From NCBI GenBank assembly GCA_965205945.1, contig CBDBIB010000002.1, positions 192,001 through 256,000 of the forward strand: a stretch of DNA of 64,000 bases, read 5' to 3'. The stretch comes from Bdellovibrionales bacterium. GTDB taxonomy: Bacteria > Bdellovibrionota > Bdellovibrionia > Bdellovibrionales > UBA1609. The notes under the pieces were generated by a model. The model had not been told where the DNA came from. It worked only from the letters and a program-made list of their open reading frames with translations, and did not search any database. Positions 1 through 9,925 of this stretch are shown here, in pieces. Position numbers and translations under genes: made by a program. Each line of letters starts with the position of its first letter. The first letter of the stretch is position 1.

Positions 1-2
1 TT

Positions 3-377
3 GCTGGTTGTGATGAAAGTCCTGGAGAAACTTTATTGTATCAAGGACGTACTTATAAAATTTATAGGGGGATGGGCAGTTTAGGAGCTATGAAACAAGG
101 CTCTAAAGCTCGCTATTTTCAAGAGTCTGTAAATGATTTAGATAAACTTGTTCCAGAGGGCATAGAGGGCCGTATTCCATATAAGGGATCTATAAGCGGT
201 ATAATTCATCAAATTGTTGGTGGTATTAAATCAGGTATGGGCTATTGTGGTGCAAGCTCAGTATCGGATCTTCACAAGCATACTCAGTTTGTTGAAATTT
301 CAGGAGCAGGACTTAAAGAGTCTCATGTTCATGATGTTGCAATTACTAAAGAAGCTCCTAATTATAGATTAGATTAA
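3..377 (+). CDS. guaB: IMP dehydrogenase, C-terminal part (gene starts before the window)
   Basis: Frame is open from position 3 (AGCDESPGE...). Motifs [40 protein letters not shown]. Lies directly upstream of guaA. Confidence 0.97.
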   Translation, partial: AGCDESPGETLLYQGRTYKIYRGMGSLGAMKQGSKARYFQESVNDLDKLVPEGIEGRIPYKGSISGIIHQIVGGIKSGMGYCGASSVSDLHKHTQFVEISGAGLKESHVHDVAITKEAPNYRLD

Positions 378-387
378 GGCATATAAG

Positions 388-1932
388 TTGAAATTATTTG
401 ATGAGGCTATAAAAGAGAGTGTAATCATTTTAGATTTTGGTTCACAATTTACTCAATTGATTGCAAGAAGATTAAGAGAGCTTAATGTTTATTCACAGAT
501 TGTGCTTTTTTCCATGGACTTAGAAGAGATTAAGGCAAGAAAACCTAAAGCTATTATTTTAAGCGGAGGGCCTCATTCAGTTTATAATAAGAACTCTCCA
601 AATAGAGAAATAAAACCACTTTTACAAATAGCTCCAGTTCTAGGTATTTGTTATGGAATGCAACTTTACTGTCATCAAATGGGTGGAAAAGTTGAGCCAT
701 GTGATGTTAGAGAATATGGAAAAAGTACCATTAAGTGGAGTAAAGAGGTTTTAAAAGGCAAGACGCAGCAGTCTGTGTGGATGTCTCATGGAGATTTAGT
801 TACAGCTCTTTCATCAGATACTAAAGTGATTGCCACATCTTTAAATGGTTATCCTGCAGCTATTAAGGCAGATGGTTTTATAGGATATCAATTTCATCCA
901 GAAGTTGCTCATACGGATTTTGGAAAAGAACTTTTAGAATATTTTTTATTTGACTTTGCAAAGATTCAAAAAAATTGGTCTTTAACAAAAGTTTTTTATC
1001 GTATTAAAGAAAAAATAAATAAAGTTGTTAAACCAGATGATGTAGTTTTGTGTGCTCTAAGTGGCGGTGTGGATTCAGCGGTTGTTGCAGTTTTACTTAC
1101 TCAAATTTTAGGAAAAGATAAGGTTAAGTGTATTTTTGTAGACACAGGTTTTCTTAGAAAAGGTGAATATAAAAAAGTAATGTCAAAAATGAAATCGTTA
1201 GGACTTAATATTAAAGGAACTGATGCTAGTAAGATATTTTTATCTAAATTAAGTGGCGTACTGGATCCAGAAAAGAAGAGAAAGATTATTGGCTATACTT
1301 TTATTGATGTTTTTAAAGAGGAAATAAAAACTTTACAAAGAGTTAACTGGCTTGCTCAAGGAACACTCTATCCAGATGTCATAGAGAGTGTTTCACTAAA
1401 TGGTCAATCAGTGACAATAAAAAGTCATCATAATGTAGGTGGTTTACCAGAGGATTTAGAATTGGCTCTTTTAGAGCCTATAAGAGAACTCTTTAAAGAT
1501 GAGGTTCGTGCATTAGGAAGGTATTTAAAAATGCCAGAAGATGTTTTAAAAAGGCATCCTTTTCCTGGTCCAGGTCTTGCTATTAGAGTTTTAGGGATTG
1601 TTACTTTAGAAGATATTTTTATTTTACAAGAGGCTGATGATATTTTTATATCTTCATTAAAAGAAGAAGGGATATACGATAATATTTGGCAAGCTTTTTG
1701 TGTTCTTCTACCGGTTAAAACAGTTGGAGTACAAGGAGATGGAAGAACCTATGAAAAAGTTTTATCTCTTCGAGCTGTAAACTCAGTTGATGGAATGACA
1801 GCGGATTGGTTTGAATTTGATTATAAATTTTTAAAGAAAGTTTCTAATAGAATTACAAATAAAGTTAAAGGTGTGAATCGTGTAGTGTATGATATTACAA
1901 GTAAACCCCCTGGTACAATTGAGTGGGAGTAG
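388..1932 (+). CDS. guaA: GMP synthase (glutamine-hydrolysing)
   Basis: ILDFGSQFTQLIARR, GICYGMQ, QFHPEV, LSGGVDS, IKSHHNVGGLP, HPFPGPGL, SKPPGTIEWE. Confidence 0.98.
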   Translation: MKLFDEAIKESVIILDFGSQFTQLIARRLRELNVYSQIVLFSMDLEEIKARKPKAIILSGGPHSVYNKNSPNREIKPLLQIAPVLGICYGMQLYCHQMGGKVEPCDVREYGKSTIKWSKEVLKGKTQQSVWMSHGDLVTALSSDTKVIATSLNGYPAAIKADGFIGYQFHPEVAHTDFGKELLEYFLFDFAKIQKNWSLTKVFYRIKEKINKVVKPDDVVLCALSGGVDSAVVAVLLTQILGKDKVKCIFVDTGFLRKGEYKKVMSKMKSLGLNIKGTDASKIFLSKLSGVLDPEKKRKIIGYTFIDVFKEEIKTLQRVNWLAQGTLYPDVIESVSLNGQSVTIKSHHNVGGLPEDLELALLEPIRELFKDEVRALGRYLKMPEDVLKRHPFPGPGLAIRVLGIVTLEDIFILQEADDIFISSLKEEGIYDNIWQAFCVLLPVKTVGVQGDGRTYEKVLSLRAVNSVDGMTADWFEFDYKFLKKVSNRITNKVKGVNRVVYDITSKPPGTIEWE

Positions 1933-1940
1933 ATAAGTAA

Positions 1941-4900
1941 ATGAGTTTTTGTCATCTTCATAGTCATTCACACTACTCTCTTTTAAAGTGCTCAAGTTCT
2001 ATTACAGCCCTTGTTAAAAAAAATAAATCTTTAGGTTATAAAGCGCTAGCATTAACAGATATGAATAATATGTTTGGAGCGGTGGAGTTTTATTTTGAAG
2101 CCAAAAAAGAAGGGATTAAACCTATTATTGGTTTAGATATTTGCTTGTTTGGGGAATTTATTAAAACCCCTTTAGACACATATAGTTTAGTTCTTTTAGC
2201 AATGAACTATACGGGGTATCAAGAGCTTAGTCGTATAGTGAGTTTTGCTCATAAACAAAATAATCTTGATGGTGTACAAAGGGCAACAATTCAAATTATA
2301 AAAGAAAATTCTAAGAATATTATTGCCTTAACTGGTGGCCATGAAGGGTTTTTGATTCAAAGTTTTTTAAAAGAAGGGAGTAATAAGGCTGAAGAAAAAC
2401 TTCTTTGTTTAAAGAAAATTTTTGCTGACAGACTTTATATTGAAATAAATAGGCAAGGCTTAGGTTATGAATCAGATTTTTTGTCTTTTGCACTAAAGAT
2501 GTCTAAAAAGCATGGTATTGAATTAGTTGCAGCAAACGACACAAGGTATACAGAAAATAATGATTTAGTTACTCATAATATTTTGATTGGAGCTAGTTTA
2601 AATAAAACTTTAGATAAAGTTATGAGTCAATCATTAATAAATAGTGAGTTTTATATAAAATCAAAAGAATCTATGCAGGATCTTTTTCTTGGTGATAAGT
2701 TTGGTAAAGCTTTAAATAATACAAAAGTGATTGCAGATCGTTGTAATATTGAATTTGTTTTATCAAACTCTCATGGAAAGCCCATTTATCATCTCCCAGC
2801 GTTTCCTACAAAAGAGGGGAGATCATCAAAAGAAGAGATTAAAGAAATTGCCTTTAAAGGTTTAAAGAGAAGATTTTCTTTTTTAGAAAATCAAACAAAG
2901 AAAAAACTTAGTTCTAAAGAAAAGACTCTTTATATAAAGCGTTTAGAGTATGAGCTTAAGGTAATTAATGGAATGGGTTTTAATGGTTATTTTTTAATTG
3001 TACAAGATTTTATAAATTGGTCTAAAAAAAACAGTATTCCTGTAGGGCCTGGTCGAGGGTCTGGAGCAGGCTCACTGGTGGCTTATTGTTTAAATATTAC
3101 AGATTTAAATCCTATTCCATATTCATTAACTTTTGAAAGATTTTTAAACCCTGAGCGTGTAAGTATGCCGGATTTTGATATTGATTTTTGTCAAGAACGA
3201 AGGGGGGAGGTTATTGATTATGTAACCCAAACTTACGGTGAAGAGTCAGTTTCTCAGATTATAACCTATGGAAAGCTTCAAACCAGAGCAGCTCTTCGTG
3301 ATGTGGGTAGAGTTTTAAGCTTTAGTTTCATGGAAGTAAATGATATAGTAAAGTTGATTCCTGATGTTTTAGGAATCAGTCTTCAAGAAGCGCTAGACAC
3401 AGAGCCTCGGTTAAAAGATATGATGCAGGATAATCCTCAAGTACATAAATTAATAAGTCTTGCTATAAAAGTAGAGGGTTTAGTAAGGCATGCTGGAATT
3501 CATGCTGCAGGTGTTATTATTGCAAATGGTAATATTGTAGATCATGCTCCTTTAACCAAAGGCGCAGATGGTGAAAACGTTGTTCAATTTGATATGAAGA
3601 GCTCTGAAAAGATTGGGCTTATTAAATTTGATTTTTTAGGACTTAAAACACTTACATATATTCAGTATGCTCTAGATTGTATTAAAAAAACTAAAGGTAA
3701 AGAGATAAAGGCAGAAGAAATTTTAATTGATGATCCAGGAATTTATGAGCTTATGTCTAAAGGCGACAATTATGGAGTTTTTCAGTTTGAAAGTGAAGGG
3801 ATTACAGACTTAACGATTAAAGCTAAACCCTCATGCTTTACAGATATTGTTGCATTAAATGCTTTATATAGACCAGGTCCTATGGAGATGATTCCTGACT
3901 ATCTTAAAAGAAAGAGTGGGAAGAAAAAACCAGAGTATATTTTTCCAGAGCTTAAAGAGATTTTAAAAGAAACTTACGGGATCATTGTTTATCAAGAACA
4001 TGTACAGCTTATAGCTTCTAAAGTTGCAAGCTACACTCTTGGTGAAGCTGATTTGCTTAGACGTGCTATGAGTAAAAAAATTACAAAAGAAATGGCTCAG
4101 CAAAAAACAAGATTTTTAAAAGGAGCTTTAGATAATAAATTTAACCTTAAAAAATCTGAAATTCTTTTTGATCTTATGGCAGAATTTGCAAAATATGGTT
4201 TTAATAAAAGCCATGCTGCTGCATACTGTGTTATAACAGCTCAAACAGCTTGGCTTAAACATTATTATCCTGTTGAGTTTTTTGCAGCTCTTTTAACAAC
4301 AGAGATTTCAAATATAGAGAATATTACAAAGTATATAAAGGATGCAAAAAAGCATAATATTAAAATTGTTCCTCCCCATATAAACACTTCTAAATATGTG
4401 TTTGATACAGATGGGGAAAAAATTTTTTTCTCACTAGGTGCAATTAAAGGTGTGGGGCAAAATATTGTAGAACTTATTGTTAAAGCTAGAGAGTCTCTTT
4501 TAAATAAAAAATTTAGTTCATTAGAAGAGTTTTTTTTAACTGTAGACACTAAAAAATTTAATAAAAAATCAATTGAAAGCTTAGCAAAGGCTGGAGCTTT
4601 TGATGGTTTTGGGTATACAAGAAGTCAACTTTTTTCTCAAGGGTTTAAGTTTTTAGATGCAGCAGAAAAGAAAAGAAAAGAGTACGAAATTGGTCAGTTT
4701 AATCTTTTTGATACTAGAGATTCAGATGAAGACAGTTTTAAAATTAATATTGTTAAGAAGCTTGAATGGGACAATAGAGCAAAACTTCAACTTGAAAAAG
4801 AAGTTTTAGGGTTTTATTTAACAGCTCATCCTTTACAAGCGTATAGTTCACTTCGTTCATCATTAAAATCAATTTTAATTACGAAACTTGATAAAGAAAA

Positions 4901-5414
4901 TGATAAAAAAGAAATCATGATTTTTGCTCTTATTTCTAAAATAAAAGAGTTTATTACTAAAAAGGGAAGTCGTATGGCTTTTGCTGAGGCTGAAGATGAA
5001 GAGGGTTTAATTGAGCTCATTATTTTTCCAGATGTTTTTAAAGAAGTAAAAAATCTTTTAATACAAGAAAAACCTTTACTCATCTCTGGAACTTTTCAAA
5101 TTCAAGAAGGTAAGGGTGGAAAGATTTTAGTCACTAGCATTAAAGATCCTATTTATCAGTTTAAAAAAATAAAATCAGTGTCTTTATTTTTAGAAAATCC
5201 TAAAGAAATTGAGGTGGATGAATTTTTTAAGTTTGCTAAATTAAGGCCCGGTGGAACAAAAATTCATCTAGATTTAGCTTTAAAGCAAAATGAGTTGGAT
5301 TTAAGGGTTAAAATGGATGTATTAGAGCCTAAAGGGGTTGAAATTGACTTTGATTTTTTAGATAGATTAGCTAAAATGTTTAAAGGTTATCGTGGCTTAG
5401 AAATGGGAGTATAA
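1941..5414 (+). CDS. dnaE: DNA polymerase III alpha subunit
   Basis: N-terminal PHP domain, GPGRGSGAGSLVAY, FERFLNPERVSMPDFDIDF, KFDFLGL, YGFNKSH, C-terminal OB fold. Confidence 0.98.
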   Translation: MSFCHLHSHSHYSLLKCSSSITALVKKNKSLGYKALALTDMNNMFGAVEFYFEAKKEGIKPIIGLDICLFGEFIKTPLDTYSLVLLAMNYTGYQELSRIVSFAHKQNNLDGVQRATIQIIKENSKNIIALTGGHEGFLIQSFLKEGSNKAEEKLLCLKKIFADRLYIEINRQGLGYESDFLSFALKMSKKHGIELVAANDTRYTENNDLVTHNILIGASLNKTLDKVMSQSLINSEFYIKSKESMQDLFLGDKFGKALNNTKVIADRCNIEFVLSNSHGKPIYHLPAFPTKEGRSSKEEIKEIAFKGLKRRFSFLENQTKKKLSSKEKTLYIKRLEYELKVINGMGFNGYFLIVQDFINWSKKNSIPVGPGRGSGAGSLVAYCLNITDLNPIPYSLTFERFLNPERVSMPDFDIDFCQERRGEVIDYVTQTYGEESVSQIITYGKLQTRAALRDVGRVLSFSFMEVNDIVKLIPDVLGISLQEALDTEPRLKDMMQDNPQVHKLISLAIKVEGLVRHAGIHAAGVIIANGNIVDHAPLTKGADGENVVQFDMKSSEKIGLIKFDFLGLKTLTYIQYALDCIKKTKGKEIKAEEILIDDPGIYELMSKGDNYGVFQFESEGITDLTIKAKPSCFTDIVALNALYRPGPMEMIPDYLKRKSGKKKPEYIFPELKEILKETYGIIVYQEHVQLIASKVASYTLGEADLLRRAMSKKITKEMAQQKTRFLKGALDNKFNLKKSEILFDLMAEFAKYGFNKSHAAAYCVITAQTAWLKHYYPVEFFAALLTTEISNIENITKYIKDAKKHNIKIVPPHINTSKYVFDTDGEKIFFSLGAIKGVGQNIVELIVKARESLLNKKFSSLEEFFLTVDTKKFNKKSIESLAKAGAFDGFGYTRSQLFSQGFKFLDAAEKKRKEYEIGQFNLFDTRDSDEDSFKINIVKKLEWDNRAKLQLEKEVLGFYLTAHPLQAYSSLRSSLKSILITKLDKENDKKEIMIFALISKIKEFITKKGSRMAFAEAEDEEGLIELIIFPDVFKEVKNLLIQEKPLLISGTFQIQEGKGGKILVTSIKDPIYQFKKIKSVSLFLENPKEIEVDEFFKFAKLRPGGTKIHLDLALKQNELDLRVKMDVLEPKGVEIDFDFLDRLAKMFKGYRGLEMGV

Positions 5415-6565
5415 TGAATTTTTTATTTTTTTTATCAGTATTAATTTTTTCTACTTACGCAAATGCAGTAAGTTTATCCACAATAAATATTTATGAGATA
5501 AGTAAAATTAAGAACGAAAATGTTGATATGTGGGATAAGAAAAATGATGCAATTAAAAATGCTAAAAAAAAAGCAACATTAAGATTAGCTGCAAAGGTTT
5601 TAAAACCAGAAGTTTTTAAAGAAGCAAAAAAACGGTTAGAAAAAAAAGTGGTTCCTTACTCGAGTAGATACTTGATTAGTTTTGTTGTAAAATCACATGG
5701 AGTAGAAGAGTCCGGGGATTTTAAGGCTTACTATGTTAATATAGAGTTTAAGTACTCTTTAAAAAATCTTAGAAATTTTTTAAAAGATAAAGGATTTCAA
5801 ATTAATGATTTGAAAAAACATAAGGTAATAGCTTTTGTTGAAATTTTAGATGCTACAGTTGTGAAATCATATAGATGGTGGAGGGATGAGAATTTAGACC
5901 TACATCCAGTTATAATGCCTTTTCAAATTAAACTCTTAGAGTCTTTAAAAGAAGAAGGGTATGAACTTATTCCAATACAGATATTAAAGGCCTTTGATGG
6001 ATTTAAAAGTACAGCAAGTCAAATGGGTGCTCAGTATTATATTAAGGGATCACTAAGAATTAAAAGAAAAGATAATATGTATAAAGTAAATAGTGGTAGT
6101 TTTAATTTTTATCAAACTCTTTCTCAAAAACTTGTTTCAACTATAGATTTAAAAAAAATTGGGTATTTATTGGGAGAAAAAGAAGATAAAGAAAACATAA
6201 ATGTTAAGCCAAAAGAGCTAGAAGATTTATTAAAAAAAGCTTTTGTGGGTGCAGCAAAAAAAATGAAAGCTTCTGAAAATGTAGATCATTTAAATTTTGG
6301 ATTGACTCAGATCAGTTTTCAAGGGGTGAACTCACCGTTACAGCTTAAAAATATTAAAGCTGTAATTCGATCAGGCTTAAAAGATAATATTTCATCTTTA
6401 GTTGAAAGGCATATTCAAAATGGTAAAGTAGTTTTTTATGCAAGAACTACACTAACACCACAAAGATTATTGTCAGTTATGAACTCAAGAGTTTTTGGGC
6501 TAGGAACTTATAAAGGAGCGTTAAAAGAAGATGGAAAATCTTTGCTGTTTAGAGTCGCTCAATAA
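5414..6565 (+). CDS. hypothetical secreted protein
   Basis: 383-aa ORF coupled to dnaE (TAATG overlap). Signal peptide ends in YANA. No family recognised. Confidence 0.75.
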   Translation: MNFLFFLSVLIFSTYANAVSLSTINIYEISKIKNENVDMWDKKNDAIKNAKKKATLRLAAKVLKPEVFKEAKKRLEKKVVPYSSRYLISFVVKSHGVEESGDFKAYYVNIEFKYSLKNLRNFLKDKGFQINDLKKHKVIAFVEILDATVVKSYRWWRDENLDLHPVIMPFQIKLLESLKEEGYELIPIQILKAFDGFKSTASQMGAQYYIKGSLRIKRKDNMYKVNSGSFNFYQTLSQKLVSTIDLKKIGYLLGEKEDKENINVKPKELEDLLKKAFVGAAKKMKASENVDHLNFGLTQISFQGVNSPLQLKNIKAVIRSGLKDNISSLVERHIQNGKVVFYARTTLTPQRLLSVMNSRVFGLGTYKGALKEDGKSLLFRVAQ

Positions 6566-7184
6566 AAAAAAATCTTATCAAGAATATTTTGGTGAAGAAT
6601 GGTCTTTCTTTAAAAGTTTTGAAAATCAGTTAGAAAAAATTAAAAAAGTTAGAAAAAATGAAGAAAATATTTATATTCTTTCAGGCGTTCATGCTCCTGT
6701 TTTTACATTAGGACAGTCATTAAAAAATAAAGAACTTTTAACTGGTAAATTTATACAAACAGATAGAGGGGGGCGTGTGATGTATCACGGTCCGGGTCAA
6801 TTAACATTGTACTTTATTTTTAAATATCAAAAATATTTTTTAGGGCCGAAAGAATATGTTAGATTTCTTTTTGATATGTGTATTAAACATTTTAAAGAAA
6901 AGCATAAAATAAATGTTTACTATAGGAACAATGGTCTTTGGAACAAAGAAAATAAAAAAATTGGATTTGTAGGGCTTAGAATTAAAAACGGTATATCTTA
7001 TCATGGTTTTTCCTTAAATTATAATACTGATTTAAGAGAATTTTTAAAACATAGTCCCTGTGATATATCGGGTGATAAGGTAGGAAATTTATTTAACAAA
7101 AAGGCTTTAAAACCCTTACTTAAAATAGAGGCTAATATTTTAATGAATGATTTTCTTAGAGGATTGACTTTAAGAAAAGCCTAA
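6531..7184 (+). CDS. lipB: lipoyl(octanoyl) transferase
   Basis: H.PVFTLG, TDRGG.VMYHGPGQL, KKIGFVGL, SYHGFSLN, SPC motif. Confidence 0.9.
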   Translation: MENLCCLESLNKKKSYQEYFGEEWSFFKSFENQLEKIKKVRKNEENIYILSGVHAPVFTLGQSLKNKELLTGKFIQTDRGGRVMYHGPGQLTLYFIFKYQKYFLGPKEYVRFLFDMCIKHFKEKHKINVYYRNNGLWNKENKKIGFVGLRIKNGISYHGFSLNYNTDLREFLKHSPCDISGDKVGNLFNKKALKPLLKIEANILMNDFLRGLTLRKA

Positions 7185-7209
7185 TTAAGATGGGTTTTCT
7201 TATTATAAA

Positions 7210-7286
7210 GAGCCTGTAGCTCAGTTGGTTAGAGTACTACGTTGACATCGTAGGGGTCAGCAGTTCGAATCTGCTCAGGCTCACCA
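7210..7286 (+). tRNA. tRNA-Val(GAC)
   Basis: Acceptor stem GAGCCTG/CAGGCTC, D arm, anticodon arm CTACG-TTGACAT-CGTAG, T loop TTCGAAT, encoded CCA. Confidence 0.97.
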
Positions 7287-7482
7287 GTGACTTTTAGGGT
7301 ATATTACGCCCAGATCAAACATACACCTTCATTAGGCTTAAATACCTTGTTTTACGGGAGTTTTTTTAATATTAGAGCTTGTGCATGCTGTGCATATAGA
7401 TCAATCAAAAGTATTGAGAAGCAAAAAAAGTGTGGGATTAGAGTGGGAACTCTAACTAATCATCAAAGATTGGTGGTGCGAC

Positions 7483-8259
7483 ATGGCTAAGAGATTTACA
7501 GATTCGGAAAAGTTTAGAGATTCTTGGTACAGAAAATTAAGCCTTAAGCACAAATGTCTTTGGGAATATATTTTGTGTGAATGTGACCACGCCGGCATTT
7601 TGAAGTTTGATGAAGATCTTGCATCTTTTCAAATAGGTGGAGAAGTGAGCACTGAAGAGCTTGAAAATGTGTTTGGTGATAGAATATTAAAGCTTAGCAA
7701 TGAGAAGTTTTTTATCCCTAAGTTTTTGATATTTCAGTACCCATCAGGGCTAAACTCTTTAAAGCCCTTGGTGAAGAGTGTTCGTAAAGTATTGAAACAA
7801 CACGGCTTAGAAAAAACTGTTCAAGAATCGTATGGTAATCATTATTTAACCATTAATGAATCATTAGATAACGGTTACGCAACTGTTAAGGATAAGGATA
7901 AGGATAAGGATAAGGATAAGGATAAGGATAAAGAAAGAAAGGGGATTAAAAAAAATGAATCCCCAAAATTTCAACTTAAAACTTTTCAAGAGGTTATTGA
8001 AAATGTCGGCGAAGAGACTTTAAAAAAATGGAGCGAGCGCTATCCAGACATGATCTGGATGAAGTCTGAGATTGAAGACGCAATCGAGTACCACGGCGTT
8101 AAAAAACCTCCGACTTGTGCAGGCGGCTGGTCGATATTCATTTCAGGTTGGCTTAAGCGCGCAAAGAAACCACAGGCTCAAGCAAAAACTTTTGACGACA
8201 TCAAGCGAGACAAAACTTTAGAAGCTCACGAAGAGTATTTGAGGGAGGCTGTGTTGTGA
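7483..8259 (+). CDS. phage-type replication initiator / replisome organizer
   Basis: N-terminus MAKRFTDSEKFRDSWYRKL..KCLWEYILCECDHAG and a central (KD)n linker, both typical of phage replication initiators. Confidence 0.75.
   Translation: MAKRFTDSEKFRDSWYRKLSLKHKCLWEYILCECDHAGILKFDEDLASFQIGGEVSTEELENVFGDRILKLSNEKFFIPKFLIFQYPSGLNSLKPLVKSVRKVLKQHGLEKTVQESYGNHYLTINESLDNGYATVKDKDKDKDKDKDKDKERKGIKKNESPKFQLKTFQEVIENVGEETLKKWSERYPDMIWMKSEIEDAIEYHGVKKPPTCAGGWSIFISGWLKRAKKPQAQAKTFDDIKRDKTLEAHEEYLREAVL
7888..7929 (+). repeat. (AAGGAT)x7 perfect hexanucleotide tandem repeat encoding (KD)7
   Basis: Seven perfect copies read directly from the sequence. Confidence 0.95.
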
Positions 8260-8747
8260 GCAAACAAAAGCTTTCTAAACTCGTTACAATTCTCGGGCGG
8301 ACATTTAATCAACAGCTTAGCAAAGAGCATTACTATGCTTACGAATTAGTACTTTTAGATGAAGTTAAAGACTTTGAGGGTCTTTGCAAAAAAGCAGTTA
8401 AGTCTTTTGAAAGAATGCCTTCTCCTAAACAGCTTTTAGATATTTCTAGAGGCAATGAACTTTCATCAAAACAAAAAAGCGTAGAGTTGATGGGTCAGCT
8501 GAAGCTTCATATTCAAAAACATGGATATTACAATTTTGAAAATGCTAAACGCACTGCAAGCCCAATGCTTTGGAGTTTAGTTCAAAAACTTGGCGGGTGG
8601 TCGAACGCTTGTAGAATAAATTTAAATGACAGTTCAGCTTACGCACAGGCAAGAGACTTTGCTGAAGTTATTTTGCTAAAAACAAAAACTGAATTTGCAC
8701 AACTTAAAAGCAAAAGTGAAATAAGAGCGCTAAGGGGTCAACGATAA
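8256..8747 (+). CDS. phage replication-associated protein (DUF6475-like)
   Basis: GTGA overlap with the initiator gene. Motifs F..MPSP..L and LVQKLGGW..AC resemble proteins that follow phage initiators. Confidence 0.55.
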   Translation: MSKQKLSKLVTILGRTFNQQLSKEHYYAYELVLLDEVKDFEGLCKKAVKSFERMPSPKQLLDISRGNELSSKQKSVELMGQLKLHIQKHGYYNFENAKRTASPMLWSLVQKLGGWSNACRINLNDSSAYAQARDFAEVILLKTKTEFAQLKSKSEIRALRGQR

Positions 8748-8816
8748 TATAAGTTTTAGAGTGATCTTTTTTTTTAATTTCAGAAAGGAAAGAGTTCTAA
8801 GTGCTCTATTTCACCT

Positions 8817-9170
8817 TTAACGACTTTTTTTATACCTCTTGTTATTGCTTCTCTTATTTCTTTTATTAGCTCTCTCGAGAAGAGTTTCTATACCGTCAAT
8901 ATGAGGCACACAAAACTCTAAAACAGTTGTGATATCAAAACAATCAACCTCTTGTTTACCGTGAACACCTGATGTCATAACACGGTCTGTTGGTGTGAGT
9001 TCAAGGTCTTTTGCGAGCTGAACGTTTATGACAGATTTAGTTGCACCAGTGTCCCATAATGCCTTTTGGGTTTTGAAGTGTTTTTCAGAGAAGGGATTTA
9101 TAAGGTTGGCAAAGGTGCATAATTGAACGACTCTGCCATTGTACTCAATTTCAAAAGCGTTGTATTTCAT
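8817..9170 (-). CDS. retropepsin-like aspartic protease, probably internally deleted
   Basis: ALWDTGATKSVI active-site motif and GVHG flap present. The second (LIGMDII-type) motif is absent. Confidence 0.75.
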   Translation of the reverse strand: MKYNAFEIEYNGRVVQLCTFANLINPFSEKHFKTQKALWDTGATKSVINVQLAKDLELTPTDRVMTSGVHGKQEVDCFDITTVLEFCVPHIDGIETLLERANKRNKRSNNKRYKKSR

Positions 9171-9422
9171 TTAAGAGAATTTTACATTAAAGCCAAAATA
9201 GTGAGCAGTGTCGTCCTTGTCGGTTACATCTTTAACTAAAATTTGACCTAGTTTATGTCCTTTTGAAATAGCGTCTTTAATTGCTATAATTCGCTCTTTA
9301 TAAGAGCCTACCAGTTTAAAATGGGAGTCTAAAACAATAACCTTACCATTGTATTTTTTTACAAATTCAGCTTTATTTTTGTTATAGAAGTCATTTATTT
9401 TTTTAACCATCTCATAAGGCAT
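9171..9422 (-). CDS. small protein (DUF5678-like) coupled to the retropepsin
   Basis: FY.KN..EFVKKY.GK.IVL pattern. Stop codon abuts the protease ATG. Confidence 0.6.
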   Translation of the reverse strand: MPYEMVKKINDFYNKNKAEFVKKYNGKVIVLDSHFKLVGSYKERIIAIKDAISKGHKLGQILVKDVTDKDDTAHYFGFNVKFS

Positions 9423-9504
9423 AGCAGTTTATCTCCATATATCAACTATTATACGGTATAATTGAAAAAATATCACTAACCTATAAAATAAAACAGAGAT
9501 GGCT

Positions 9505-9742
9505 TTAGCCAGTCTCTTTTTGAGCTTTTAGCTTCTCGCCAAGCCCTTTTAAATCATCAAGAACAGATTGGCCTTTCTCAAGCTCTGTAACTCGAGATTT
9601 AAGCTGCTCAATTTCTTTATTTTTAGCTTCAATTTGAGTGTTTAAGGCCTTTTCAACAGTGTTGTTTTTATTAATAACCAAACCTTTTATCTCGGCTAAA
9701 ACAGCATCAGTTTCTATCTCAGTCCTCTTAAATGAGCCGCTT
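9505..9742 (-). pseudogene. startless C-terminal fragment of a coiled-coil-like protein
   Basis: Open frame ...TEIETDAVLAEIKGLVINKNNTVEKALNTQIEAKNKEIEQLKSRVTELEKGQSVLDDLKGLGEKLKAQKETG*. No upstream ATG. Confidence 0.45.
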
Positions 9743-9923
9743 TATTAATTATGTTATTTTTTCTGTCTTATTTTTTCAAATAGGGTGTGTAAATTCCGAA
9801 GACATTGTTCAAGTACCTATTCCTCCAACATTAAGTTTTATAAATTTAACTTCAAGTGAGGAAGCAACCTTAGTAGCCACGCCAAGTTTTACTTGGACTG
9901 TTAATCGTTCATCGACTTATTAA
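9732..9923 (+). pseudogene. truncated lipoprotein N-terminus
   Basis: Signal peptide with lipobox-like QIGC. Ends 2 nt before the convergent antitoxin stop. Confidence 0.45.
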
Positions 9924-9925
9924 AA

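Noticed and set aside
7287..7490. 67-aa ORF starting at the tRNA-Val 3' end
   Set aside because: No RBS, it spans att-like repeat DNA, and it has no protein features
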